Shown: piece after piece, positions 52,291-61,923 of the stretch
Layout of the letters: each line of letters opens with the position of its first letter
Position numbering within the stretch: the stretch's first letter is position 1
Assembly: GCA_963666985.2 (NCBI GenBank)
Contig: CAXXIA010000002.1
Span: 1,536,001 to 1,600,000, forward strand
From: Spirochaetia bacterium
GTDB taxonomy: Bacteria > Spirochaetota > Spirochaetia > DSM-2461
DNA: 64,000 bases
Reading direction: 5' to 3'
Translations under genes and position numbers: made by a program
The notes under the pieces: model-generated
Seen by the model: the letters and a program-made list of their open reading frames with translations, nothing else
Told to the model about the DNA's origin: nothing
The model's database searches: none

Positions 52291-53076
52291 ATGTTTTTCA
52301 CAACAAATCAAATCGAACCGGTGGAACGGTTCTTTGAGAAAATTAAATTGGGATCGTCATCACAATCGCGCAGCGATGACGACAAATTCAAAATTAAACA
52401 GATTGTATCTTATTTGGAAATTATCGACGGACAAATACGAAAACTCTCCATGAAACGAAGAATCGTTTTACTCGACAGCGGTGCGGGAAACTGCTATTTG
52501 AGTTTTCTGATTTACTACTACTATACGGTTCTGATGAACCGCGATATCGAAATCCATTGCATCGATACCAACGGACGGCTGATGGAAAACGCCCGGCAGA
52601 AAGCCCATGAATTGTCATTCACGGAAATGCATTTTTATAGCTGCGACATCTTGGACTTTGAATTGAACACGTCCGTGGATGTCGCCTTTTCGCTTCATGC
52701 GTGCGATACCGCTACGGACAAGGCTCTCTATCTTGGATTGCGGCTTAATGCAAAATGTATCTTCTCGGTTGCCTGCTGTCAGCATAGCCTTGTGAAGAAT
52801 TTTCGAAATCGAACAATCCAAGGATTTACCGGCTACAAAGCGATCAAAAGCCGTATGATTTATATGGTTGCCGATGTTATGAGGGCGAAATTAATCGAAA
52901 TGGCCGGCTATAAAGTCGACATCTTTGAGTTCACGTCCAGCCGGAATACGGATAAGAATCTCATGATTCGAGCCGGAAAGGGCGGAACGAAATCATACAT
53001 GGCGGCTTATGAAGAGTATCGTCACTTGCGAAACGGATTCGGGTTAAAACCCGAGTTGGAAAATTTACTCATATAA
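52291..53076 (+). CDS. SAM-dependent methyltransferase (Methyltransf_32-like)
   Basis: LDSGAGNCYLSF, SLHACDTATD, VACCQH, T.KN.MI. Confidence 0.88.
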   Translation: MFFTTNQIEPVERFFEKIKLGSSSQSRSDDDKFKIKQIVSYLEIIDGQIRKLSMKRRIVLLDSGAGNCYLSFLIYYYYTVLMNRDIEIHCIDTNGRLMENARQKAHELSFTEMHFYSCDILDFELNTSVDVAFSLHACDTATDKALYLGLRLNAKCIFSVACCQHSLVKNFRNRTIQGFTGYKAIKSRMIYMVADVMRAKLIEMAGYKVDIFEFTSSRNTDKNLMIRAGKGGTKSYMAAYEEYRHLRNGFGLKPELENLLI

Positions 53077-53133
53077 GCCGGCGGATCAAATCGAAGCGGC
53101 ATTGTAGAACGATTTCCATTACACGATTTCGTA

Positions 53134-54501
53134 TTACAGTCCCAAGGCTTCCGTCAGTTCCGCGGTCAGAGTCTCGTTTTCCGCCAAGGCGTTCAAAAAA
53201 GCCTCGGCGGAGCGCACGCGCGCCTGCTCATAATCCAGACCGCCGTCCTTCACCGGATCAATATTCCTGATGAAAAGAACATTGCCGCCCCGAGAAACCG
53301 TCAAAACGGCGCCCACTTTCGCCATATAAGGAGCATTGGCGAACTTCTCGGACCGGGGAAAATCAAAAACGGTCCAGGAAAATCTCAGATCCGCCTCGCC
53401 ATTTCCGGGCGAAACGGTCTCAACGGGCAGTTCCAAACCGGAAATCCAATCCCCGACAGATCCGTCCATGGAACGAAGATCGGGTGACGCGGAAGAATCC
53501 ACGGAAACGGCCAGAAGAACCGGCGCAACAAGAAGCTCCGCGGAACCGCTTGAGGTTGGAAATCCCGCATCCGGTATTCCCCAGGCCGAAAGATCGGGAG
53601 CGATTTCAAAGCGGACGGCGCCCGGCGGCAGCTTCTCCGTCGGAAGGGTAACTTTGAACGATCCTTCGGGATCGGTCGTAATCATCACCTTCATGCCGGC
53701 AGGACCAGTAATCACCAGAGGAATGCTTCCGATTTCTCCGGATGCTCCGAAGGAAGCGTCTCCGACAAGAACAGCCTGAGTTCCGTAGGAAATACGGCGG
53801 GATGAGGTAAGGGCGCGGATTGAAAGAGATCCCATCCGCTCGGAAATCGCGGAGTCAACCGAATCGATAAGAAAACCCGATGAGCCGAGGATATCATCCC
53901 GAAGACTCAAACCCCACGGCGAGGAAAGCAGGATCTTTCGCGCGCGGCCCAGCGCGGCCGTTTCCGCAGGTAAATTCATGCCGCCTTCGGCCACGGGCTC
54001 CAGAATACCCCGAACCCGCTCGGCGAGATCGGCCCTCTCACCCTCAATAATAGACGCCCAGACATCCTTGGAAAGTCGGACATAAGCCCAAACGCCCCTA
54101 TCGGCGGAAAACCACGTATCGACGGTTTCCACGGATTTCAGGTTCTCTTCAACGGACTCCGTTACGGTACTCTTTACCGACTCTTCGAAAAAACCTTGGG
54201 AAGAGGCGCCGGAGGAAACGTCCAATTCCGAGGCTATTGCCGTCGAAATTTGCGCGGCCAAATCGGCACGGGCAGCAGCAGCAGCAGCCGCCCGGTCATC
54301 GGCCTGGTTCCCGGTATCGCTCCCGCCGATACCGATGTACCAGTCGGGATTATTCGGATAAACGGAAAGCCAATCGGGAACATCGCCGGTTTTCGGCGCG
54401 GTTACACATCCCGCGAGAACTGCAAGTGCAAGGACCGGCGCCGATACGGCGGCTGAGAAAACAAGACGTCTATTCCAGAGAATCGATGTCAAAGTCATCA
54501 T
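53134..54501 (-). CDS. LPP20-family lipoprotein (start uncertain)
   Basis: Lipobox LAGC, PDW, YIGIG, ARADLAAQI. Confidence 0.75.
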   Translation of the reverse strand: MMTLTSILWNRRLVFSAAVSAPVLALAVLAGCVTAPKTGDVPDWLSVYPNNPDWYIGIGGSDTGNQADDRAAAAAAARADLAAQISTAIASELDVSSGASSQGFFEESVKSTVTESVEENLKSVETVDTWFSADRGVWAYVRLSKDVWASIIEGERADLAERVRGILEPVAEGGMNLPAETAALGRARKILLSSPWGLSLRDDILGSSGFLIDSVDSAISERMGSLSIRALTSSRRISYGTQAVLVGDASFGASGEIGSIPLVITGPAGMKVMITTDPEGSFKVTLPTEKLPPGAVRFEIAPDLSAWGIPDAGFPTSSGSAELLVAPVLLAVSVDSSASPDLRSMDGSVGDWISGLELPVETVSPGNGEADLRFSWTVFDFPRSEKFANAPYMAKVGAVLTVSRGGNVLFIRNIDPVKDGGLDYEQARVRSAEAFLNALAENETLTAELTEALGL

Positions 54502-55741
54502 CGTTCAATTCTGACGGAAAATCGGAATCGAAATCAATTGATGATTGATCTGGAGCGCTCATTTCTTCGGAATCAAATGAAAAATCATCGTCGGAAGAAC
54601 CGATATCGTCATTCGAAAAATCATCAAGGCTTGAAAGGTCGTCGAACTCATCGTCGGGCGATGACGAGTCCCGGGCCGCAGCGGCCGAAGCCGCCGCCAT
54701 AAGACCGGCACCGGCGCCCGCGCTTGCCAAAGAGGATTTGGACTCGGATTTGCTCTTCTTCGATTCCTTCGGCTCTTTCGGCGCTTTTTGCGCTTTGGGA
54801 GGTTTGGGAACTTTCGGCTTTTTCACTTTCGGCGCTTTGGGCTGCCGAATTTTTTTCGGAGCGGATGTTTTAACGCGTCTTGATTTCACCCGCCCGTAAT
54901 TTTCACCGGATAATCCCGGGCGCAATTCACGATGATCCTCATTCCAGAAACGAACATAGGCGCCCGTCAGAAACAAGTCAAAAAAAACACCTATTCCGAG
55001 AAGACCGCCGGTAAACAGCCAAATAATGCCGCTGACATACCGCCCCAGATAAAATCGGTGAATTCCCAGCGGTCCCCAATGAAGAAGGAAGGCATACGCG
55101 GTAACGTAGCTTTTCCGTCCTTCCCGGGCAACGGTAACGGCCATAACCACAGGAAGAATGATTCCGGTCAAAGAAGCGGTCACGATCCACGCAAGGAGCA
55201 GCCGCCAGGCGTGATCTTTTGCCCAGGCAAGTCCTTCCTTCAGTCCCTCGGCCTTTATAATGGAAAAAAAACGGCCCAGATCTTCAACGCGGGTAACAAA
55301 AAACTCGACGATCCTGCCGGTAAACCCCGTAACGGCCCTTCTCGCTTTAGGCGCCTTGGCGCCTACGGCGGCATACGTGTTCCGCAAATAACTTCGATTT
55401 ACCTCGATGTCCGCATACTCATCCGTCTTTGAAAAAGCCCAATGGTCGGGATACTGCTGCGAAAGAAAATAACGGGCTACGGCAAAAAGCGCTGTTCCGA
55501 ATTCGGGATTCTCGGTTAATTCCTGATTTTTAAAACTTTCCGCCGCGAAGTAAACGATAAGTCCGTCGTCACAGCCTTTCGAGAGCGCTCTTTCATAGAA
55601 CAGCCATGCGGCATCATAATCACCGGCATTGTAATATCGTCCGGCGCGTTCGGCATCATCCCGCCACTCTTCGGCGGCAAATAAAGCCGAAAGCAAAAGC
55701 GTTGATAAAAGGACAAAAAACACGCCTCGTTTCATTCGCAT
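54470..55741 (-). CDS. TM2-domain membrane protein with Lys/Pro-rich linker and acidic tail
   Basis: GPLGIHRFYLG...LFTGGLLGIG; promoter TTGCTC-17-TAGTAT lies 7 nt before ATG 55741. Confidence 0.8.
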   Translation of the reverse strand: MRMKRGVFFVLLSTLLLSALFAAEEWRDDAERAGRYYNAGDYDAAWLFYERALSKGCDDGLIVYFAAESFKNQELTENPEFGTALFAVARYFLSQQYPDHWAFSKTDEYADIEVNRSYLRNTYAAVGAKAPKARRAVTGFTGRIVEFFVTRVEDLGRFFSIIKAEGLKEGLAWAKDHAWRLLLAWIVTASLTGIILPVVMAVTVAREGRKSYVTAYAFLLHWGPLGIHRFYLGRYVSGIIWLFTGGLLGIGVFFDLFLTGAYVRFWNEDHRELRPGLSGENYGRVKSRRVKTSAPKKIRQPKAPKVKKPKVPKPPKAQKAPKEPKESKKSKSESKSSLASAGAGAGLMAAASAAAARDSSSPDDEFDDLSSLDDFSNDDIGSSDDDFSFDSEEMSAPDQSSIDFDSDFPSELNDDDFDIDSLE

Positions 55742-56079
55742 ACACATGATACTAGATATATCGGCACATAAGAGCAAATAATTCATGACACCGGAGGCAC
55801 TTTCAAGAAATTTGACCCGCCGAACAGTTATGCTGTTCGGCCGCCGTTCGTTAAACCGCGTCGCGATTCAACCGTGTTTCAGCACATGATTCGGGTTGCA
55901 TACACCGGGCGAAACCCGCGGCTCGCTGCCGCCGAACGCCGCATGGCCGAGGACTCGCCATGGAGTCCGCATCACAGCGGACCGATCTTAATTCCGGGTC
56001 AAAAAAGCTTTTTGAACGTGCCTCCCTGGAGATGATTCCATCTTGAGGATATGCTGTCGTATTGTCACGGGAGGCCCGA

Positions 56080-57813
56080 ATGATCAAAATCTCGCCCGTA
56101 GGAACCACTGCGGTGCTGACCTGCGGTCTCAAGCCCACGCAAAAAAACAAAGACCGGGGCAGGCTGGGTGAAGGCGCGGGAGAATGCCGCTTCAGCCTTG
56201 GAGAAGCCACACTGGGGGCCTGCTGGAAAGACGACCGCATCACGGCCGAACTCTCCTTCGAAAACGGAATTTACGTGCGCGAAGTGATGCTTTGTTTCCA
56301 TTACCGAAGCCCGAAGCCAAACTCGTCCTTGGCCGTTTGGACCGAATCCTTTGCCGGAGATATCGGTTGGCCGTCTAAAAAATCATCCGGATCCGGCAGC
56401 TGGGCCTACTGGTTCTCAGAATCTCCCGATTCCGAAGGGCTTTTCTTCCGGCTTTTTCCCGGAAACGAATATCCCGTTTCCTTCAAAAGAAATGCTTACT
56501 CAAAAACACTCTCCGTCACATGGCTGGTCAATAGAGAATTTGCCTCCGGAGAAAAAGCTAAATTGTCCGATATCGGTTTGAAACGGGGATTGCTTCCCAA
56601 TCTGACCGCTTCCTGGCGCCGGGAATGGAAACTCTCCGGTTCACGAGAACTGCCGGACGACAGGAGACGAGGATGGTTCGACACCGGTGAAGCCGAATCT
56701 CCAAAAGAACTGCGGGAAATCCTCTCATGTTTCAGAGGAAATAAAATCCCGCTGGATTGGTACGCCATCGGCCCCCAATACGCCTCGGAAACAGGTGACT
56801 GGCTGATTCCCAAAGAACCTTTCAGAGACAGAATGGGCGCGGCGGCCCGAACCGTTTCCGAGCATAACTTCATCCCGGGTCTTCGATTCGCTCCGTTTCT
56901 GGTGTCTCGAAAGTCCTCCATTGTTCGAAAAAATCGCGACTGGCTGGTGAAAAGCGCCGGCGGATCACTCCTGATCGCGGCTCCCTACGGTCCCGATGGT
57001 GAGAAATGTCACATCCTGGACGTAACGAATCCAAATGTTGCCGAGCATCTTGAACGAACCCTGCTTGTTATGAGAGATCAATGGGGAATCCGCGCGTTTT
57101 TCGCCGAACGGATGAATGAGATTGCGGTACCCGGAATCAGATTTTCGAACGGCATCAGTCCCTGCGGATTGGTGCATACCGCCTCCTCGCTTATCAGAAA
57201 GGCTTTGGGAAACCGTGTCCTCTTAACGGCGACCGACATTCCCCTGCTGGCGGCTTCGGAAATCTGGGATGCCCGGGCGGTTTCCTCCGTTAAAACCGAA
57301 TCGTTAAAGAGAAAAGACCTGATTTCCGCCGCTTCAGCCTTGCTCAACAGGGCGGAATGGAACGGCATTTCCTGGCTCAATGCTTCCGGCCCCATACCCA
57401 TGGCCCTCTTCAAACCGAATGCCGATGCCGCCTCCTGTACGGCCAGAGACGCGGTTGTGCTCTCTTCGGGTTTGATCTCCCTCACCGGCGATCCCAGGGA
57501 CGCGGACGAACAGACCGTGGAAAATCTTAAAAAATCCCTTGAAATGTTCTCCTCCTGCCGGAAGGGCCGCGTCGTCCTCGTACCGGCCGCGGGAAAAGAC
57601 CGAAAGGAAACGCTGATCGCCCGGAACGACCGGGGGTGGGTTGCCCTGTTCAATCTGTCAGGAAAAAAGCAGGGGATCAGCCTGCAGAAAGACACGCTGA
57701 AAACCTCGCTCGGAGTCACCAAAAGCATTTCCGCCGGCGACGGAGCCGTGTTCAACAGCCCGGAAATTCACGTTACCCTGGCCCCTTGGGGTCATCGGCT
57801 TTTTAACGGATGA
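56080..57813 (+). CDS. GH36 alpha-galactosidase-like protein, catalytic motifs degenerate
   Basis: GGAGG then ATG 56080; GDW, FIPGLRFAPF, DWLVK, LDVTNP, IRKALG, VALFN. Confidence 0.7.
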   Translation: MIKISPVGTTAVLTCGLKPTQKNKDRGRLGEGAGECRFSLGEATLGACWKDDRITAELSFENGIYVREVMLCFHYRSPKPNSSLAVWTESFAGDIGWPSKKSSGSGSWAYWFSESPDSEGLFFRLFPGNEYPVSFKRNAYSKTLSVTWLVNREFASGEKAKLSDIGLKRGLLPNLTASWRREWKLSGSRELPDDRRRGWFDTGEAESPKELREILSCFRGNKIPLDWYAIGPQYASETGDWLIPKEPFRDRMGAAARTVSEHNFIPGLRFAPFLVSRKSSIVRKNRDWLVKSAGGSLLIAAPYGPDGEKCHILDVTNPNVAEHLERTLLVMRDQWGIRAFFAERMNEIAVPGIRFSNGISPCGLVHTASSLIRKALGNRVLLTATDIPLLAASEIWDARAVSSVKTESLKRKDLISAASALLNRAEWNGISWLNASGPIPMALFKPNADAASCTARDAVVLSSGLISLTGDPRDADEQTVENLKKSLEMFSSCRKGRVVLVPAAGKDRKETLIARNDRGWVALFNLSGKKQGISLQKDTLKTSLGVTKSISAGDGAVFNSPEIHVTLAPWGHRLFNG

Positions 57814-59072
57814 TCCTCTCCGGATTGGATGAAGCGGGTCTCGGGCCTCCCTTGGGGCCCTTCTGTGCCGCCCTCGCGGAATTTCAAATTCAGTCCCCCC
57901 CCGCCGATAACCCGGATCTTTACGAAATCCTTTCGGGAATCGTCCCGCGTAATGCCGACGGCGACGGACATTGGCCCGTTGGAGACAGCAAAATTCTCTA
58001 CTCCCCCGCCAAGGGGCTCGAGGTACTCGAATCTTCCCTCATCGCCTTTCTCTCCGTTTCGGGAGTGCGGTTTCCAATCTCCTTTTCGGGGCTGATCTCC
58101 AAACTTTGCACGTCCGAAGATGCGGAGTCCCTTAATTCGGTTCCCTGGTTCGCCGAAGCGGAATCTCTGATGCTGCCGATGCGGCAAACCGCGTCGAAGG
58201 AAGAGGGCGCCCCCGGCGATACAGGCGCCCCCCGCTCCGCCCAAGCCATAAAACCCGCCGCCCCGCCCGCCGCCGCCTCATTACAACCCGCGGCGTCCTC
58301 CCTCGCGGCCGCCCTCACCGAAAAAGGCGTTCTCTTTCGGCCGCCGTCGGCGCGATTCATCACCGCCGCCGCGTTCAACCGCACCATCACCGCCCGCGGC
58401 GGCAAAGGCGGGGCCGTACAGTCGATTCTATCGCCGCTGCTCAATACGGCTCTGACTTCGAAAGAACACGCCGCGGCGGAGCGGGCGTTCTCCGGCAAAT
58501 CCGATTCGACTCGAAGCGCCGACGGGTGCGTGCCGGACAATCCGGTCCAAAGCTCACCCCCCGCAGGCGAAAAACCGCGCGTACCGCCGGAAATCCCGGC
58601 GGCATCCGCCGCCCTCGGCGATCCGGCCCCGAACATCTCGGCACATTCCGGCGGCTTACCCGCCTCCGGCCGGTCCGGCCCGCTTTCTCCGGCGGCCCCG
58701 GTCCGCCGCATAACCGTCGACAGGCAGGGCGGCCGCCGCTACTACGGCGAATGGCTGATGAATCTTCTTCCCGGCGCGCCTCTTCGGGCCGTTGAAGAAG
58801 GAAAACAGCGCTCGGTCTATACATTCGGCGCCTCTTCGATAGAATTCACCGTCGGGGCGGACGGGTTCCGAATGGAAACCGCGCTGGCCTCCATGCTGGC
58901 GAAATACATTCGGGAAGCGGCCATGACGCTGTTCAACAAGTGGTGGTCCGAGCGGGCTGTGGGCATAAAACCCACGGCGGGTTATCCGACGGATGCCAAA
59001 CGGTTTCTTAAAGACCTGGCCGCCGCCGGTGTCCTTCCCGCCGACCGCGATCTGCTGGTTCGCCGGCTGTAG
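57810..59072 (+). CDS. RNase HII-like protein with two low-complexity insertions
   Basis: GLDEAGLGPPLGP, GDSK, VDRQGG, ALASMLAKYIRE, GYP. Confidence 0.8.
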   Translation: MILSGLDEAGLGPPLGPFCAALAEFQIQSPPADNPDLYEILSGIVPRNADGDGHWPVGDSKILYSPAKGLEVLESSLIAFLSVSGVRFPISFSGLISKLCTSEDAESLNSVPWFAEAESLMLPMRQTASKEEGAPGDTGAPRSAQAIKPAAPPAAASLQPAASSLAAALTEKGVLFRPPSARFITAAAFNRTITARGGKGGAVQSILSPLLNTALTSKEHAAAERAFSGKSDSTRSADGCVPDNPVQSSPPAGEKPRVPPEIPAASAALGDPAPNISAHSGGLPASGRSGPLSPAAPVRRITVDRQGGRRYYGEWLMNLLPGAPLRAVEEGKQRSVYTFGASSIEFTVGADGFRMETALASMLAKYIREAAMTLFNKWWSERAVGIKPTAGYPTDAKRFLKDLAAAGVLPADRDLLVRRL

Positions 59073-59227
59073 CGGCCGTATAATCGGCCGTACGGGAAAC
59101 AAGGAATTCGCCTCGGGATTGAACCGAGAGAACTCACCGAACGGCAATGAACCCCGCGGCGGTCTCGATTCGCCTTGAAGGCCCGGCACCGCCGTAGCAT
59201 GGGGATTACCCCAAAAAAGGAGGACCG

Positions 59228-60277
59228 ATGGAAAAGCCCGCTCTTTTCGGCAAAACGCTCGGAGATCTCGAAGCCATCACAACCGGCATGGGCCGCCCCG
59301 CCTATACGGCCCGCCAAATCGCCGAATGGCTCTACAAACACCGCGCCTCCTCCTTCGATGAGATGACCAACCTTCCCAAATCCCTGCGGGCGGATTTGGC
59401 CGCGCGGTATGAATTGGGAATCGCCGCGCCCGCCGCGCAGAGCGTCTCATCGGACGGAACGAAAAAATACCTCTTCGCCGCCGGAAACCATGCCGCCGAG
59501 AGCGGCGGCGCCGGAATCCATGCCGTCGAAACGGCCTGGATTCCCGAAGAAAAGCGGGGAACCCTCTGCGTCTCCTCACAAATCGGCTGCCGCCGCGGCT
59601 GCCGGTTCTGCATGACCGCCCGGCAGGGCTTTCAGGGCAACCTGAGCACCGGTGAAATTCTCAATCAGTACCGCTCCCTCCCGGAATTCGCCGATGTAAC
59701 CCACTTCGTGTTCATGGGCATGGGAGAACCGCTGGACAACCCGGATGCCGTTTTGTCGGCGCTGGAAATCCTTACGGCCGACTGGGGATACGCATTCAGC
59801 CCGAAAAAAGTCACGGTATCCACCATCGGCATCATCGACGGCCTGGAGAGGCTGCTGGCGGAAAGCGACTGCCGTCTTGCCTTAAGCCTGCATTCTCCGT
59901 TTCCGGATGAGCGCGCCGAACTGATTCCCTCCGAACGCCTCTGCCCCCTGATCGACGTGCTCGCCCTCTTTCGAAAAGCGAATCTCGGCCGCCGCCGCCT
60001 CACCGTGGAATACCTGATGCTTGCCGGAAAAAACGACGATGCAAAAAACGCCAAGGAACTCGCCCGTCTTCTGGACGGACTCGGCGCACGGGTCAATCTC
60101 ATCCCCTATCATCCCATTCCGGCTTTCGACGCCGCGCCGAGCCCGCCGGAACGAATGGAAGCGTTCCGAAACGAATTGAACCGCCGCGGAGTCACGGCGA
60201 CAATCCGCCGGAGCCGGGGTTTGGACATCGCCGCGGCCTGCGGACTTCTTTCCACGAAAAATGCCGGTGCTTCTTGA
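59228..60277 (+). CDS. rlmN: Radical SAM rRNA/tRNA m2A methyltransferase RlmN
   Basis: CVSSQIGCRRGCRFC, FMGMGEP, SLH, DIAAACG. Confidence 0.93.
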   Translation: MEKPALFGKTLGDLEAITTGMGRPAYTARQIAEWLYKHRASSFDEMTNLPKSLRADLAARYELGIAAPAAQSVSSDGTKKYLFAAGNHAAESGGAGIHAVETAWIPEEKRGTLCVSSQIGCRRGCRFCMTARQGFQGNLSTGEILNQYRSLPEFADVTHFVFMGMGEPLDNPDAVLSALEILTADWGYAFSPKKVTVSTIGIIDGLERLLAESDCRLALSLHSPFPDERAELIPSERLCPLIDVLALFRKANLGRRRLTVEYLMLAGKNDDAKNAKELARLLDGLGARVNLIPYHPIPAFDAAPSPPERMEAFRNELNRRGVTATIRRSRGLDIAAACGLLSTKNAGAS

Positions 60278-60298
60278 AAAAGGAATCTCCGCGGCAAA

Positions 60299-60363
60299 TT
60301 CAAAATCGCTGTTTTTGAACCGAAGCTCTTCTTGAAGTGATTTTGCGGGGATTCGGCCATCGG
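60299..60363. repeat. Degenerate repeat family copy 4
   Basis: TTCAAAATCGCTGTTTTTGAA followed by GGGATTCGGCCATCG. Confidence 0.5.
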
Positions 60364-60468
60364 ATAAATCTCTTGGCAAAAACATTACGCTTCACATATA
60401 TTCGTTAATTCATAGATTTTCTTTGCTTGATTCACAATCGATTCAAAATTGGGAATTAGGTTATTTCC

Positions 60469-61185
60469 ATGACTCCTCAGAAGGCTCAACAAAGAAACCG
60501 ACTTCAACTCTTCAGGCTCGCCTCTCAATTGCTGTTTTTGTCGGCAGCAGCGTTCTCTCTGATACAAATGAATTTCATCCTCACCGGGGTCTTGCTTGCA
60601 ATCGCATTATTGGGGGGCTCCTTTTATTGCGGCTGGCTGTGCCCGTTCGGCCTGTTTCAAGAAATTCTTTCTTGGTTGGGGAAGAAAATATCACCATCCG
60701 GCAAGGTGCTTAAAATCCCGCTTAAGCTGGAGAAAAAACTGATCATTTTCCGATACGCTCTGCTTCTTGTTGGCCTTATATCACTCCTCGGGATCTATCT
60801 GCCCAACGTCCTTACGGAAATAAGTTCTCCTCTTCAAACCTTTTCTTCCGTTTTAACAAGAAATATTTCCTATATCAAAACTTCAACATGGATAATCTTC
60901 GGTGTTGTCTTAATACTATCAATCTTCATTGAGCGGCCGTTTTGCCGCTATCTCTGTCCGCAGGGAGCGCTATACGGCCTTTTAAGCCTGGGGCGGATTC
61001 TTACCATCAAACGAAACAAAAACACGTGTGTTTCCTGCGGTCTCTGTGACCGTTCCTGCCCGATGCAAATTCAAATCTCGGAAAAAAATCAAATAAGAAA
61101 TACACAGTGCATCAATTGCTTCAGGTGCATCTCATCCTGTAAACGAATCAAAGCCTTAAGCTTTGGATTTATTCAAAAAACATAA
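60469..61185 (+). CDS. NapH/YccM-like membrane 4Fe-4S protein
   Basis: CGWLCPFG, FCRYLCPQG, two CxxCxxCxxxC motifs. Confidence 0.9.
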   Translation: MTPQKAQQRNRLQLFRLASQLLFLSAAAFSLIQMNFILTGVLLAIALLGGSFYCGWLCPFGLFQEILSWLGKKISPSGKVLKIPLKLEKKLIIFRYALLLVGLISLLGIYLPNVLTEISSPLQTFSSVLTRNISYIKTSTWIIFGVVLILSIFIERPFCRYLCPQGALYGLLSLGRILTIKRNKNTCVSCGLCDRSCPMQIQISEKNQIRNTQCINCFRCISSCKRIKALSFGFIQKT

Positions 61186-61194
61186 GGGGATAAA

Positions 61195-61593
61195 ATGAAC
61201 AAGATGTTGAAATACATCGTCATCGGCTTGCTTGCCGTATCCGGTGTTCTTCTTCTTCCTTCCTTTGGAAGGGTCCAATCCAAAAGCGATGTTCCGATCG
61301 GCATCGATATCACGGAAGAATCCTATGCGGACGGCTGCTACACCGGCGTTGCCTCGGGATTTCGGCCGGGCGTAACGGTTCAAGTGACGATAAAGAACGG
61401 AAGCATCACCGACATACAGATTGTTGATCACAACGAAGTTGGAGCCCAATACTGGCAGAAGCCCATGGAGCTGATTCCGGAAGAAATTATTGAGCGGCAG
61501 TACACGAAAGTCGATGCCGTCGGCGGCGCAACGTGTACAAGCCGGGGAATCATGTCCGCCGTTGAGAATGCATTGGAGCAGGCGAGGCAATAA
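61195..61593 (+). CDS. Exported FMN-binding domain protein
   Basis: N-terminal TM, DGCYTGVASGF, VDAVGGATCTS. Confidence 0.88.
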   Translation: MNKMLKYIVIGLLAVSGVLLLPSFGRVQSKSDVPIGIDITEESYADGCYTGVASGFRPGVTVQVTIKNGSITDIQIVDHNEVGAQYWQKPMELIPEEIIERQYTKVDAVGGATCTSRGIMSAVENALEQARQ

Positions 61594-61923
61594 CGGGATC
61601 ATCACATCTCTTTGAAAAATGCCGCCCGCCGAATCGTGTTACGATTCGGCGCCATGCCGTTAACTCACATCCTACGGGCCGTACCGGAAGAAGAAGAGGT
61701 TCGGCGAGTCCCCGGCAATCCGGCGTTCGGCGGGAATAAGAAATAATCGCTTTGCGGGCCCCTTCGTCGGCTCGGCTATGCCCAATCTTTCTTTGTACCC
61801 CATCTTCACCGGCGTCAGTGATCATTTTTTACATACATTTTTCTTCAAATCGTCTATAATAATGAAGATAACCCGACCCGCCGGATTTCTCCGTATACAA
61901 CCGGCGCCGAAAAGGAGCCCCGT

